Assembly: GCA_964016885.1 (NCBI GenBank)
Contig: OZ024744.1
Location: 79,732,001-79,796,000, forward strand
Source of the DNA: Eledone cirrhosa
Taxonomy: Eukaryota
Direction: 5' to 3'
Length of the DNA stretch: 64,000 nucleotides
Positions 12,404-25,231 of this stretch are shown piece after piece; position 1 is the stretch's first letter, and every line of letters starts with the position of its first letter. The position numbers were made by a program, and so were the translations under genes. Below the pieces are notes generated by a model, which worked only from the letters and a program-made list of their open reading frames with translations, searched no databases and was not told the DNA's origin.

Positions 12404-12867
12404 CATGTATACACGTTCGTTTGTACACACATACATGTATACACGTTCGTTTGTACACACATACATGTATACACGTTCGTTTGTACACACATACATGTAT
12501 ACACGTTCGTTTGTACACACATACATGTATACACGTTCGTTTGTACACACAAACATGTATACACGTTCGTTTGTACACACAAACATGTATACACGTTCGT
12601 TTGTACACACAAACATGTATACACGTTCGTTTGTACACACATACATGTATACACGTTCGTTTGTACACACATACATGTATACACGTTCGTTTGTACACAC
12701 ATACATGTATACACGTTCGTTCGTACAGACATACATGTATACACGTTCGTTCGTACACACAAACATGTATACACGTTCGTTTGTACACACATACATGTAT
12801 ACACGTTCGTTTGTACACACATACATGTATACACGTTCGTTTGTACACACATACATGCATACACGTT
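12401..12867. repeat. 30-bp tandem minisatellite ATACATGTATACACGTTCGTTTGTACACAC, ~15.5 copies
   Basis: Direct reading; almost homogeneous, no spacers. Confidence 0.97.
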
Positions 12868-12959
12868 GTTATGGAACTTGGCTAACGACTTCTTTTTCTG
12901 TTCCTCCTCCCACCTCCCACTCCTCCTCCTAATCATCTTTCTTCCTCTTTAGTTTCTTT

Positions 12960-15575
12960 TGCTTCTTATGGAGCATTGGACAATGAGAGATCTTCATTCT
13001 GCACCATTCCAAGTTCTGTCATGGGCGTGCTTCCAGGCCTTCCTCCACATTTCTTCCTCCTAGGTCTTCCTCCACATACCTCATTCTGCCTCGTTTTATA
13101 CGTCTTTCTTCTAGCATTCATTCAAAGGAGCCCCTAACTGGTCTTTTCTTGGAGAAGGGTAGTAGATTACTCAACTGGTTCCTTCCCATGAACACCTTAT
13201 TTATGATGTGGTCACACCAGGAAATTCTATTTCTAGACCTAAAGCAATGCCAATGAAAGACATCTGCAGTTATATAGACTTTTCAGGTCTTTTGTTATCT
13301 CACAATGATTGGTGTATACAGGCGGAGTTTTGTGCCTTGTCTAATGGAAGAATTGGATCACACATGCTACATGCATTAAAAGTCAACTGCAGCTTTTCCG
13401 CATTTCTTTTCCAGATCAGCTCTTGAGTTGTTATCTATAGTAAGAATACTGTCCAAATATTCAAAAGTCTGAACAGTCTCCAGAGTCTAGATTGATTGAT
13501 ACTGTGCCTCTTCAATAATCATCACTGATTTTTTCAATGATGATCTTAAAACCAATATTTGAGCAATTGTTGAGAAGATTGGTGGCCTTGTCTTGCCTCA
13601 TATTAGATGTGGTACTGAAGTGTCCCTGTTCGCCAGTGAAGTCACAGTATGTGAGCCTTCTTAGTCACCATTTGAGGACATATGCTACCTTCTACATGGA
13701 TTTTCTTATGATGAAATCCACCACAAACAGAAAGAAACAAAGGAAACAGTACAACTCCTAGTAAAGTGATTGGATGATGCTGATGTAGCGAGTAGGCATT
13801 CAATATAGTGTGGCTATCTTCCATTGAGACTCTCTGTGGATACTGTCAAAGGCTTTCTTGATGTCAATGAAGTTGACCTCAAGTGTCTATTGGAAATCGT
13901 GACTCAGCTCAGCGATGTTACATAACGTAAGGATTTTCTCGTTGCACAACCTTCCACTCTTGAACCTAGCCTATACTTCTTGTAATTGCTCAACTTCCTT
14001 CTCTAGTTATGTAACACTCTAAACTACCTTCCCAGGGACAGACAGTAGAACTATTCTGTGTCAGTTGTTGCAGTCACTTAAAGCTCTTTTCTTGGGTAAT
14101 GTTACTATCTCTCTATCACTCCATCGCTCCAGGCCTTGACAACTTCTAAACACACAAACACAGACACTCTCGCAGACATACATTCACACAAATACACATA
14201 CATTCTCACAAACACACATACATTCACACAAACACACACACACATACATTTACATAAGCACACAAACACACACACATATATTGTGAGATGGACGGAAGGA
14301 TAGAAGTCGCTCAAATTTATATATAGATTTTGCTGTTATCTTTTCTACCTTTGCTGCCATGTTTCTCAGGCAATGAATGGCTTTGGTGACTTCTTCCATT
14401 GAGATGTTCTCATCTGTCATCTACAGGTGGTCTACCAAAAGCTTCTCCTGGTCCAAGTTGAAGAGGTCAACTGTGTCCAGTCAAGTGAGCATTTCCTGGA
14501 AATGTTCCACCCGACTGATTATTTGTTGCTTGTTTCCAATGTCCAAATATCCTTACTTTTAATTGACACACATGAATCACTTCTTGTTCATATTAGCTCA
14601 TTGACAATTATTCTATAGACTTCCAGTGTCATTTCTCACCACAACTGTTCTGTTTCTTTTCCATTCTCCTCTAACCATATGACTTTGTATCCCCTACAAC
14701 TCCTTTTCACTCATGTAATGAAGTTTCTGTACTCATTGTCTTGTTTCCATGTATTGACATTCTTTACCTGTTACCTCATGAATTTCCTTTCTTTCCTCCT
14801 GTCAATCAAACTCCACAAGGTTTCAGAAATCCATTGCTTCTCATACATCCAAGAATCTTCTTGGCACTTTATGTGATGAGCTGTTAGAGACTAGTCCATT
14901 GTTCTTCACGACCGGAGTTTCTCTCTCTCAAGTTTTAAAGTTGTTTTCAACTGCTTTGAGGAATCTGGTCAAAGTTTCTGCCTTTTTCAGACCCTCAGTT
15001 GTGTAAAGCTGCACTGTATTTGCCATCAGATTGTGGTCTGAGCTAACATTTGCTCTGCTTTAGGCATAGATATCTTGCAAGCAGAAGCGTAACTAGGATA
15101 TGGCAAGCATGGCATGTGCCATGGGTGTCACATGAAGGGGGCGCCACTTGGAATAGAAGCATGTTCTATGAAAGTCAAATAAGTCTTACTTATTGAAAAG
15201 TGAAAAAAGAAACTCCTTCAGATGTATGAACTCTATCTGATTATCATGGGTGAGAACACTATGGTAGCTGGATCATTAAACCATTTATATAAAATATTAG
15301 GTCATAGGTAAAAATACAATGCTGGGGGACAATTTCACTGTTTGCCATAGGTGCTATTGTCCCTAGTTTTACCTCTGCTTGCAAGGATTACTACCACCTA
15401 GTACTGATGAAGATGCAGTCGATCTCATTTCTGATGTTACCGCACGGTGATAGCCATGTAGTTTTGTAGATACGTTTGTGAGCGAAGAATATATTACCAA
15501 CATTTAGCCCATAGAAACTATTCAGTGCCAGCAACATCTCACTATTGTTGTTTGTACTATCAACTGAACTATGAA
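12960..15575 (-). mobile_element. Old degenerate RTE-clade LINE ORF2 (endonuclease C-terminus to RT), with nested insertions
   Basis: Remnant motifs TWLSPCGNIRNEIDCIFISTRW, LLSVPGKV and VNFIDIKKAFDSIHR. Many stops and frameshifts. Confidence 0.75.
15082..15377. mobile_element. hAT-type MITE with 8-bp TSD
   Basis: TIRs CAGAAGCGTAACTAGG / CCTAGTTTTACCTCTG. Perfect TSD CTTGCAAG at 15074-15081 and 15378-15385. Confidence 0.85.
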
Positions 15576-16808
15576 CAGGGCCCAATTTTGACCTTAGAGG
15601 GCCCGAGGCACTTCAGGTATTGGAGGTCCCCTCATACACAAAAAATTATAACACACCAAACCCCGAATTTTACATATCAAAGTTGACTGGCGCAAGTAGT
15701 TGGAATTGAAAAGTTATGCATGCAGGTATTAAATTAAAAAAGTCTAACCATCTTTATTTTACGTCCACTTTCCACACTGGCCTGTGTTGGACAGGTTGTC
15801 AGATATATCGGAGCAGCCTAATCTTGCTCATACATTACATATTTGGCACGGTTTCTATGGCTGGATGCCCTTCCTAACATAACCACTTTAGAGTGTTTAC
15901 TGGGTGCATTGTTTTTGCGATACCAGCACAACCACTTTACACAGTGGCATCAGAAATAACCTTATGTCTCTAAAGTTGAGAAAATTTTATGATTTTTGCC
16001 ACAGTAAGGATATTAAATATGCTTTGTTAAAAATATAGTTCTTGTAGTCAAGGGGTTAAAACTGAAAACCTCAGTGGTCATGTTGGTGTCACGACAAAAA
16101 GCACCCAGCCCACACTGTAAAGTGGTCATGTAGGTATCACAACAAAAAAAGTACCCAATACACACTGTAAAGTGGTCATGTAGGTATCACAACAAAAAGC
16201 ACCCAGGCCACACTGTAAAGTGGTTGTGTAGGTGTCACGACAAAAAGTACCCAGCACATACTGTAAATGAGATTGGTACTTGGAACGGCATCCATCTGTA
16301 GAAACCAAGTCAAAATTAGTTCTGTGTAAGCAAGAAAAGGTCACACAACAGGATAACTCATCTAACCCATGCCAGTGTGGAAAAATGGATGTTAAACAGT
16401 GATGATAATAATATACAGTCTTTTGTAGCAGTAAAAAAAAAAAAATAAATGGAGTGATTGCACCAAATTAATTGTGTAACGTCATCTACAAATTTTTATT
16501 TTCGGATTGTATTTGCTCAGAGTTACATGTACATTTCTTTGAAGACAATACTTCAATGTAATACACGATGACGTGATAGCCATTATAAAACACTTAGTTC
16601 ATTACTAAGAGCACACACTAGACATAATAAATTAAAATTTGGTGAATACCTTCTCACCTCATGATAAATTTATATGAATAAGACAATAATGTAATCCAAA
16701 CTAATTTATTCTATATTAGGTTTGGGGTAGGTGTAAGGGTAGGACTAATTCAATTAGTTTCTAATTAATTGACACTTGATTGACAGCTATGTAAACAGAA
16801 AACATGAA

Positions 16809-17229
16809 TAAACCCTTTAGCATTTAAACTGGCCATAGTATCCAGCCAGAATTCTCTAGCCTCTTTCTGTTAAAACCAGATGTAACTGGTTGCTCATACT
16901 TATTTTAAGGTATTGGTCTCAATATAAATAATATCAAAATCTTGTATATTCGATATTATGTGACATGATTATGTAAGGGAAGTGAAAATACAATAGTAAA
17001 TATAAAGTAATGTAAATGCTAAAGGGCTAATCCTTTAGCATTTAAACTGACCATATCCAGCCAGAATTCTCTCACCTCTTTCTATTCAAACTGGCCGCTC
17101 ATACTGATGTTAAGGTATGGTTTTCAAAATAAATAATATCATAATCTTATAGATATTATGTGAGGTAAAGCCTTTACTGTGAAAATACAATAGTATATAT
17201 ATAGAGTAATGTAAATGTTAAAGGGTTAA
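16809..17229 (+). mobile_element. Tandem pair of ~210-bp TTAA-type (piggyBac-like) MITEs
   Basis: TIR CCCTTTAGCATTTA / TAAATGCTAAAGGG, same family as 33542-33762. Confidence 0.8.
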
Positions 17230-17294
17230 CTCTAACTCTAACTCTAACCCCAATCTTAATTTGGAATAAATTAGTTTGGATTAGTTTTATTTTG

Positions 17295-17535
17295 TGAAGC
17301 TGCGTTGTCTAGTGGTTACTATTCCTGGACATTGTGTTCTTGAGTAAAACACTTTATTTTATGTTGCTCCAGAATACCCAGCTGAAAAATGAGTACCAGC
17401 ATTAACTGGGAGTTAATTCTGTGATGGACTGGCGTCATGTCCAGGAGGATAGAGTCTTGTAGTTTCAGTTGCTTAACACCAAGGAAACTGGGATAAGAAC
17501 CTACTGGTGAGCCTCTGGGCTTGAGACAGACTAAC
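17295..17535 (+). mobile_element. tRNA-derived CORE-like SINE
   Basis: TAGTGGTTA head and TGTGTTCTTGAGTAAAACACTTTATTT...CAGCTGAAAAATGAGTACC core. Other copies at ~22447, 42308, 46010, 49100 and 60450. Confidence 0.65.
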
Positions 17536-18079
17536 TTTAACGTATTTATATTAATTTCTCCCAAGGTTGAGGTGTGGTGGGGTGGCTCTTTTGGAAAATA
17601 ATTTGATCATTTTTCACGATTTCTGTCACCACTGCCTATATAGTAACACTTGTATTTTGGTTAACACTCTAGATATGTTCTTCAACATGCAGTGTTCTAG
17701 AAAAACTTAACAATCTCCTATTTGTAACAACCATGGAGCTAAAGGAGCTTGAAGGATGCAATGTTTTGACAGCTGAACAACTGATGCAGGTAGTTTGTGG
17801 CATATATAAGCCGACACCCCATTTTACCATCAATGTTTTGGTCACATATTCCTCAGCTTGTATTCGAGTATATACAGTTATCAACTTTACACATTAGTAC
17901 ACAGGCCTACTCACCATTAATTTATTTACAAACAGCAGTGAAAAATAGTGCATAAGAGGTTGTAGCTGAGAAGTACTAGGCTGTGTTTCTTCGTTGCTTT
18001 TCGAAAAATCCATCTAATTTTATGTGTATATTTTTGAGTCCTCCCATGAAGCAAGTCATGGTAGCAAGATATAATGTCT

Positions 18080-18978
18080 TCAAAAAGAAGTACCCAGTCC
18101 ACCCTGTAAGGTTGTCGTGTTGGTGACATGACAAAAAGCACCCAGTCCACCATGTAAGGTTGTCGTGTTGGTGACATGACAAAAAGCACCCAGTCCACTC
18201 TGTAACATGCTGATGACATGACAAAAAACATTCAGTCCACCCTGTAATGTTGTGCTGGTGACATAACCAAAGCACCCAGTCCATTCTATAAGGTTGTGCT
18301 TGTGACATGACAAAAAGCACTCAGTCCACCCTAAGGTTGTTGTGCTGGTGACATGCTAAAAAGCATCCAGTCCACCCTGTAAGGTTGTGCTGGTGACATT
18401 ACAAAAAGCACCCAGTCCCACCTGTAAGGTTGTTGTACTGATGACATGACAAAAAGCAACCAGCCCACCCTGTAAGGTTGTGCTGGTGACACACCAAAAA
18501 GATTCCATTATACCTTGTTAGGGTGTCATGCAAGTGATATGACAAAACACACTCAATCTACTCTGTAAGGTTGTTGTGCTGGTGACCCAGCAAGAAGCTC
18601 CCAGTCCATTCTGTACAATGGTTGCGTTGGTGACACAAGGGGCTCCCAATCCACTCTGTATAATGGTTGTGTTGGTGACATGATAAAAAGTTCCCAGCCA
18701 ACCCTGTAAAGTGGTTATGCTCACGACATGAGTAAAAAGCCCCAAGTCCACCATGTAAGGCAGTCGTGCTGGTAACACAAAGAAAAACACCCAGTTAATG
18801 TTCATTTTGGTGCCATGATAAAAAAAAGCATCCTGTCCATACTGTAATGTGGTTGACATTAGAGAGGACATCCAGCTATAGAAACCAAGCAAAAATACAC
18901 ATTCCTATGAGCAACATATGGTCTCCTGACCTGACTTGAAAGCATAGAAAAATAGATGTTAAACATTGATGATGATGA
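18080..18978 (+). repeat. Expanded ~48-bp tandem array (AAAAGCACCCAGTCCACCCTGTAAGGTTGTCGTGTTGGTGACATGAC) ending in an RTE-type 3' tail with (GAT)n
   Basis: About 16 diverged copies. The same unit occurs in the RTE 3' UTRs and at 16075-16270, 26180-26430 and 54000-54380. Confidence 0.85.
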
Positions 18979-19019
18979 AAACTGCTCTTTGCCTTACTTC
19001 TTCTCTCCCAGTCATGATA

Positions 19020-19330
19020 ATTAGTCTGTGTTTATGAACATTAAACAAGCATTGGTTTCTACTTGAAGCCTCCTGAAACATTATTGCCAAGTACTAGTCT
19101 AAACAGTCTATTTTGGCCTTGAAATTAAAAGTTTTTTTTTTCTGCTCTGTAGATGAAAATGCATATGGCATTCTTTTTCAGAAGAGACCTGGAGACCTGT
19201 TTCATCTATCTTGCATACAAATTGTAAAGGGTAATTGCCATGCTTGATGATACGCTTAAGAAGCTGGATAAATTTCTTGGTTGTTCAAACTTTACAATTT
19301 TACTAAACTCAATGTTGGTTTTAAAGATTG
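19020..19330 (-). mobile_element. Highly degenerate Tigger/pogo DDE transposase relic
   Basis: Reads LKRIIKHGNYPLQFVCKIDETGL and RLVLGNNVSGGFK*KP, resembling pogo motifs GGYLPEQVFNxDETGL and RLTLLLGGNASGDFKLKP. Confidence 0.55.
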
Positions 19331-20466
19331 AAATGAAGACATAACCTACTCATTGTAAGTTACACTTTTGATTGAATCTTTAAAACCAATCTCTGCTTGT
19401 TATTGATGTCACCATCATTTAACATTTGTTTTCCCTGCTAGCGAGGGTTGGATTGGTCATTACTCAAGTGGAACTACTGACCTCTCAGATGGATCAAAGG
19501 CCTGCATCTCACCTTTATGTTCCCACACCCTACCAAGTATGCAGATTAGCCTGGGTTCTGCATCTTTCTTACATACAAATCCACACACTACTGAGTGAAT
19601 TGTATCATGTGGCACCCAAATCCCACCGAGGTTAACTTTGCCTTTCATCCTTATGGGGGTCGATAAAATAAAGTACCAGTAATGTACTGGGTAATTACTG
19701 GCCTTGTGCCAAACATAGAAACAATTATTAGGGAGGTTGTCATGTCTTTAATACAATTGAAGGGTCCTCTTGATCCATTATTTGGCAAGCTTTCTACAAC
19801 TGGATACCCTTCATATTATGAACTGCTTTACACTGGGTGCATTTATTGTGTAGATTACCAGCACTGAAGAGGTTGTCATGTCTTTGACACAGCTGAAGAG
19901 TCCTCTCAACCCTTTTCTTAGCTGGTTTTCTACAGCTCGATGTCCTTCATCCTCATTTTACATCCACTTTTCCCTGCTTGCAAGGGTGGGACGGGTCCTC
20001 TTCACACAGCATCTCTCCATTCGTCACGGTCCCTCGCCCTCTCCTCTGTGAGCTTCATCAATCTGAGGTCAGTTCTCACCACCTCCGTCCATGTTTTTCG
20101 TGGTATTCCTCTACTGCGTCTTCTTTCCACTAGAATCACCTGGCACTTCTTCACCCAGCAGTCCTCATCTATGCACATCACATGGCCATACCAATGTGTC
20201 TTCTCTCCCGCACACTACAGTTTATCCCTCTTATACACAGTTTCTCTCTCAACTCGTCTATACTTGGTTGTTCATGCTCTTCTTATCACTAAATTACCCT
20301 TTTCTTGTAACTGACTGTGATGTCCCTTTGTTTTGCATTATAAGTTGAATTAGTGGCATGTTGCATTGTTTCATCATTCACTCACATAGGAAATATATTT
20401 ACTATTTTTTTTTTAAATGTACTCCTTGAATGAGTTATCTTCTTTGTTGATAGGATTGGAGGTTAT

Positions 20467-20990
20467 TATGGTAGAGGGTAATATTTTACACTTTTTGTTT
20501 GTTTGTTGATATAACCAAGTTTAACCCTTTAGCATTACTCTATATTTACTATTATATTTTCATGGTAAAGGCTTTACCTCACATAATATCGTATCTTTGA
20601 GATTTTGATATTTATTTTGAGAACAATACCTTAACATCTGTATGAGTGGCCAGTTACAGCCAGTTTGAAGAGAAAGAGGTGAGAGGATTCTGGCCAGATA
20701 TGGCCGGTTTAACACTGTAGCATTTAAACTGGCCGGATAAGGCCAGAACTCTCACTTTTTTCTGTTCAAACTGGCTGTAACCGGCCACACATACTAATGT
20801 TAAGGTATTGTTCTCAAAATAAATAATATCAAAATCTCAAAGATTTGATATTATGTGAGGTAAAGCCTTGACCATGAAAATATAATATTAAATATAGAGT
20901 AATGTTAATGCTAAAGGGTTAAACTTGGTTATATCAACAAACAAACAAAAAGTGTAAAATATTATCCTCTACCATATGCTAAAGGGTTAA
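20467..20990. repeat. Inverted duplication of a TTAA MITE plus ~55 bp of its flank
   Basis: 20467-20712 is the reverse complement of ~20717-20976; a leftover TIR follows at 20977-20990. Confidence 0.85.
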
Positions 20991-23244
20991 AGACTAACCC
21001 ATATATATATTTAACATTTACTAGCTCAACAATTGTAATTTTGCATACTTTTTTTTTAAGGAACCTCAGATGAACCTTACAGCTTTTGGAGATGTAAGCC
21101 CTATTCCATTCATCATAGATACACAACTATGGAAACAATTCATCAATATGTAAGAGAATGCATGACTATAAATCAGTTTCTGACATCAGTTTCATACAAT
21201 TGTTTTAATCTAATATTGTTCCCCCAACCCCACAAAAATGAGTACTATAGCAGAGTGGGGGTATTCAAGCCATCCAGCGCTAAGGGGCTTAAGCCCCTCC
21301 AATAATTTGTTTCAATATACTTGTGCTTTGATATTTCCCACACTGATTTTCTATTGACTCAAAATATGTTAGTATGATCACGTTTTTAATTGCTTTCTTT
21401 GACTCATATTGGTGTTTAAAAAAGCACGAACTAATAATAATAATACACATGTACAGTATATATACTTAAGCCCCTGAATCCCAAAATTGTAACAGAAGCT
21501 CTGGTATTATTGTGTGTGTATATTCATTTGTAGCAAAATTGAACATTAGCTAGTTTGTTACTGTATGAAACTACAGCTATTTTCATATTGTATGCATTGG
21601 CATATTAATTAATATTGATTTTTCATTGCAGATAACCAGGAACAGTGAGAGGTCTTTTCCTAGTATAAAAGTCAGTACTACCAGCTTTTGTCTTCATTTT
21701 GTTTTAAAGTTTGATAGTAACAGAGTTGGTTGTGGCCAATTTTGGTTACTGCTGGCACACAAGTTAGTTGACTATGATAACCTATTACTAACCATCTCTT
21801 ATGCTCCCTAAATTCTTTGCTCATGTCATTATCCCATCCATTTCTCTGTAATATAAAACATCTACACATGAATGTTCTGCGGTTCACAATTTGGATTCAT
21901 CAATATGTCTTGATCTTCTTATTAATCTTGTGATTTCTATGAATTATCTAAGATTTGAACGTAGTTTCAAATCCAATATTTGATGAAATAAATAACTCAA
22001 TTTTAGACAAAGAGAGGCATTCATTTTTTTCTCTGTTCACTTTTGTCAGCCTTTTTTTATGAAATCATAAATAACAGACATGGGGGACATGTGTAGACTG
22101 GAAAGAAATGAAGAAGCCATGCTTCATTGGATCTGCAATGAAATGTGAGAGGAAGGCAGAGCTTGGATAAGCCAGGAGAGAAACTGGGTTTAAGAGGAAT
22201 TAGAAGTGGTGTGCAGGAGAGAGGGCTGTGTTGGTACAAACATGTGATGTGTATGAATAATGATCGCTGGATGAAGATGTGCCAGGAAATCCCAGTAGAG
22301 GTAGTCCAAGGAAGACCTGGGCAGAGGTGGTGAGAGCTGATCTCAAATCACTGAGTCTCACAGAGGAAATGACCCATGCTAGCATGGAAGATGGACGTTA
22401 AACGAAGATGATGATGATGATGACAATGAAATTTTGTGAAACACACATGGCTTAGTGGTTAGAGCATTGGCCTTGCAATTGAAAAGTTGTGAGTTCAATT
22501 TTCAGACCGGGTATGTGTTGTTTCCTTGAGCAAGACACTTTATTTCACATTGCTCCAGTTTACTCAGCTGTAGAAATCAGATGATAGGGACTGGGGTCCA
22601 TATCATTCCACTGCAAAGTGGTCGTGGAGGTGCCACGGCAAAAAAGCACCCAGCACTCACTGTAAATGAGGTTGGTGTTAGGAAGGGCATCCAGCTGTAG
22701 AAATCAAGCCAGAATCAGTTCCCGTCCCACCCTTGCAAGCAGGGAAAAGCAGACGTAAAATGATGATGATGATGACACATACAATTACAATCACACATTT
22801 TCTTTTCAACATAATCTTTTCTCCCTCTTTTACTTGTGTGTGTATCTGTACAGATTTAAGAAAAACAAGCAAGTCTGAAATAATTGTTTTAATTTTATTG
22901 ACCAATAACAACAACAACAAATAATAATAATAATAATAATAATAATAACGACATTGGTATTTAGAACAAGTACAAGCTACAGAAAGATCAAAAAGAAGTT
23001 AAGTCTGTCCAGATAGTTCAAAATAAGATGCCAAGATGCCAATTTGTCTTACTGGCTGAAAATGAGCAAAAATAAATTTACAACTCACTGCCCTAACAAT
23101 CTTCAAGGAGCTGCCTTTAACTTCATTACAAAAAAATAACAAAAAAAAAAAAAAAAACACATTCTTCTCTTGCTCAGACAAAGTTTGCTGCTGTGATGTT
23201 GAAGAAATGTCTGGTATATTATATATATATATGTATATATATTA

Positions 23245-23276
<32 letters not shown>

Positions 23277-24603
23277 ATATTAATCAGAATCTGTTTTAAT
23301 GTCATACTTCTCGATCATAAATTGTTGTAGTATGACACATGATACAGATTTCCTACACAGGTGTATGCCAGCTCATAGATAATTTTTATATGGAGGGAGG
23401 TGAGTTCTTTAAAAACAATGTTTACATCTATTTACCATATTAGATGTTTTCAATTCTTCCCGTGTCTCTTTCGAATGATGATCATATTTTGATGTTACTC
23501 TTTGAAAAATTGGAGGCAGTTCTGATAGATTGTAAGACAGCACACATACACACACACACACACATACATACACACACTCTCACACACATATATATATATA
23601 TAGTTATTTTTAGCTATTAATTTCAATGTTATTTTATTCAAGCACACACAGTACAGGTTCAATTCCAAATGACAGCCAAGACATCAGTTTGCTCACTTAT
23701 TTATTGTTGTTTGTGATGTATGTATATATATGCATATATATATATATATATGGGCTGGATTAAGACTGTTAGAGGCCCTGAGCACTGAAGAGATTATGGT
23801 AGTCCTCTCTTTAAATGAGACCCTCTAAGCATGTGCATTTTGCTTAATGGCTAATTAATCCAGAGTTGATATATATACACACACACATCCAAAACAAATT
23901 CATCTTAAATTAAACAAGTGAAATTTCAGATTTGAAACCTAGGACTGACTTCCACCTTAAGACCTCTTAGAGGTTAAATTTTTTTAATAGTTTCTTTGGT
24001 GGAATTTAAATTATATACGTATTAACATTTACACACATCTAGTTAGTTAGAAAAAAATGTGGGAAAAAAGGAAACAAAAAAAAATCTTTTTTTTCTTTTT
24101 TTTTGTTTTGTTTATACATACATATATATATATATATATTTATATTTTCGGGCCGTATTACATGTTCAGCAGAAATGTCTACATGATCAAAATGATTGCT
24201 TCATTATTTCCATAGCATTTGCAAATTAAGTCTTTTATTCTACTATTCTCAAATAAAAAGATATTCTGTATATAATTTTCAAAGACATTGTTTTTAAAAT
24301 TTCCTATTTTCAAAAGTTAAAACATTTTCAAACTTTTTTTTTTGTTGTTTACGAGATTATATTTCAAATGCAAAAGCTTAATTTAATTTACAATGTATTA
24401 CCTATTTTGAATGGATAATGAAAATTACAAATAATTCTGTGAACACTATGGACTTTTATAAACCAATATTACAGGTTATCTAAATCTGTTATTTCAAACA
24501 TTTTAAACAAATTTACAGAAAAAATTTGAAACAACTAATCTATTTATAAACCTTTCTGCCTATAAGTTTAAAAAAAAAAAAATTAAATAGAAAAAATTTG
24601 AGA

Positions 24604-25231
24604 TCAAGTAGATGGGGATTCTTCTTCTTTAGTTGGACATGTGTTTGTAACAGAATTTTCAGATGATACATGTTCTGGTTTTGTCGATTCAGCAGGTGAT
24701 GAGGGCAAGTTTACATGTGGTGTTGTGGTAGTAGTGGAGGTGGAGGTTGAAGTTGAGGAGGTGTTGGTGTTGGTGCTGGTGTCTGTATTGTTGGTTGATT
24801 GTGTTGTAAATAGGTCAGTTTGATCGTCAGACGTTGTCCATGACTGAGACATACGAACTGAGTTGGATTTATACTTTGGACTATTTTGGGGAGACACTCT
24901 GTCAGTCACCAAGAAGGTATCCACCCTCCGCCGTGTTCTAAGTTCATTTGCTCCATCACAAGAAACGGACATAGATAGCTGGTCTCCAGCATTGTCATCG
25001 TATTCCCAGTGTTTTGGTGATCGGCTGAATCGCTGAGTAGGATCTGGAGAGCCAGATTCACTACCAGAAGGTGAACAGCTGTACATCTTTAAGATATTTT
25101 CCTGTGACCCAGAGAGGTCACTCTGGCTCATATGCCACTTTAGTTTATCAAATTCCATTGACATGCGTTTGTTAGCCCTATTCTCTTTATTGAACTTCCT
25201 CATTAAACTTTGACATTTTTCATTTAATTGC
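24604..25231 (-). CDS. MTUS1: MTUS1/MTUS2-family coiled-coil protein, terminal coding exon
   Basis: Acceptor ttttcag at 25232. Encodes (K)QLNEKCQSLMRKFNKENRANKRMSMEFDKLKWHM, matching the MTUS C-terminal motif NKRLSMENEELLWKL, followed by a Ser/Thr-rich tail. Stop at 24604-24606. Confidence 0.88.

Noticed and set aside
12401-12867. 30-bp repeat array resembling CRISPR, with long ORFs in several frames
   Set aside because: Units are contiguous with no unique spacers, there are no cas genes and the context is eukaryotic. The ORFs exist only because the unit lacks stop codons.
17926-18892. Repetitive Cys/His ORFs (CHQHD..., CHVTNTTTL...)
   Set aside because: Translations of the 48-bp RTE-UTR array, with frames not maintained
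21640-22030. Possible second Tigger relic
   Set aside because: Too degenerate to identify diagnostic motifs by eye
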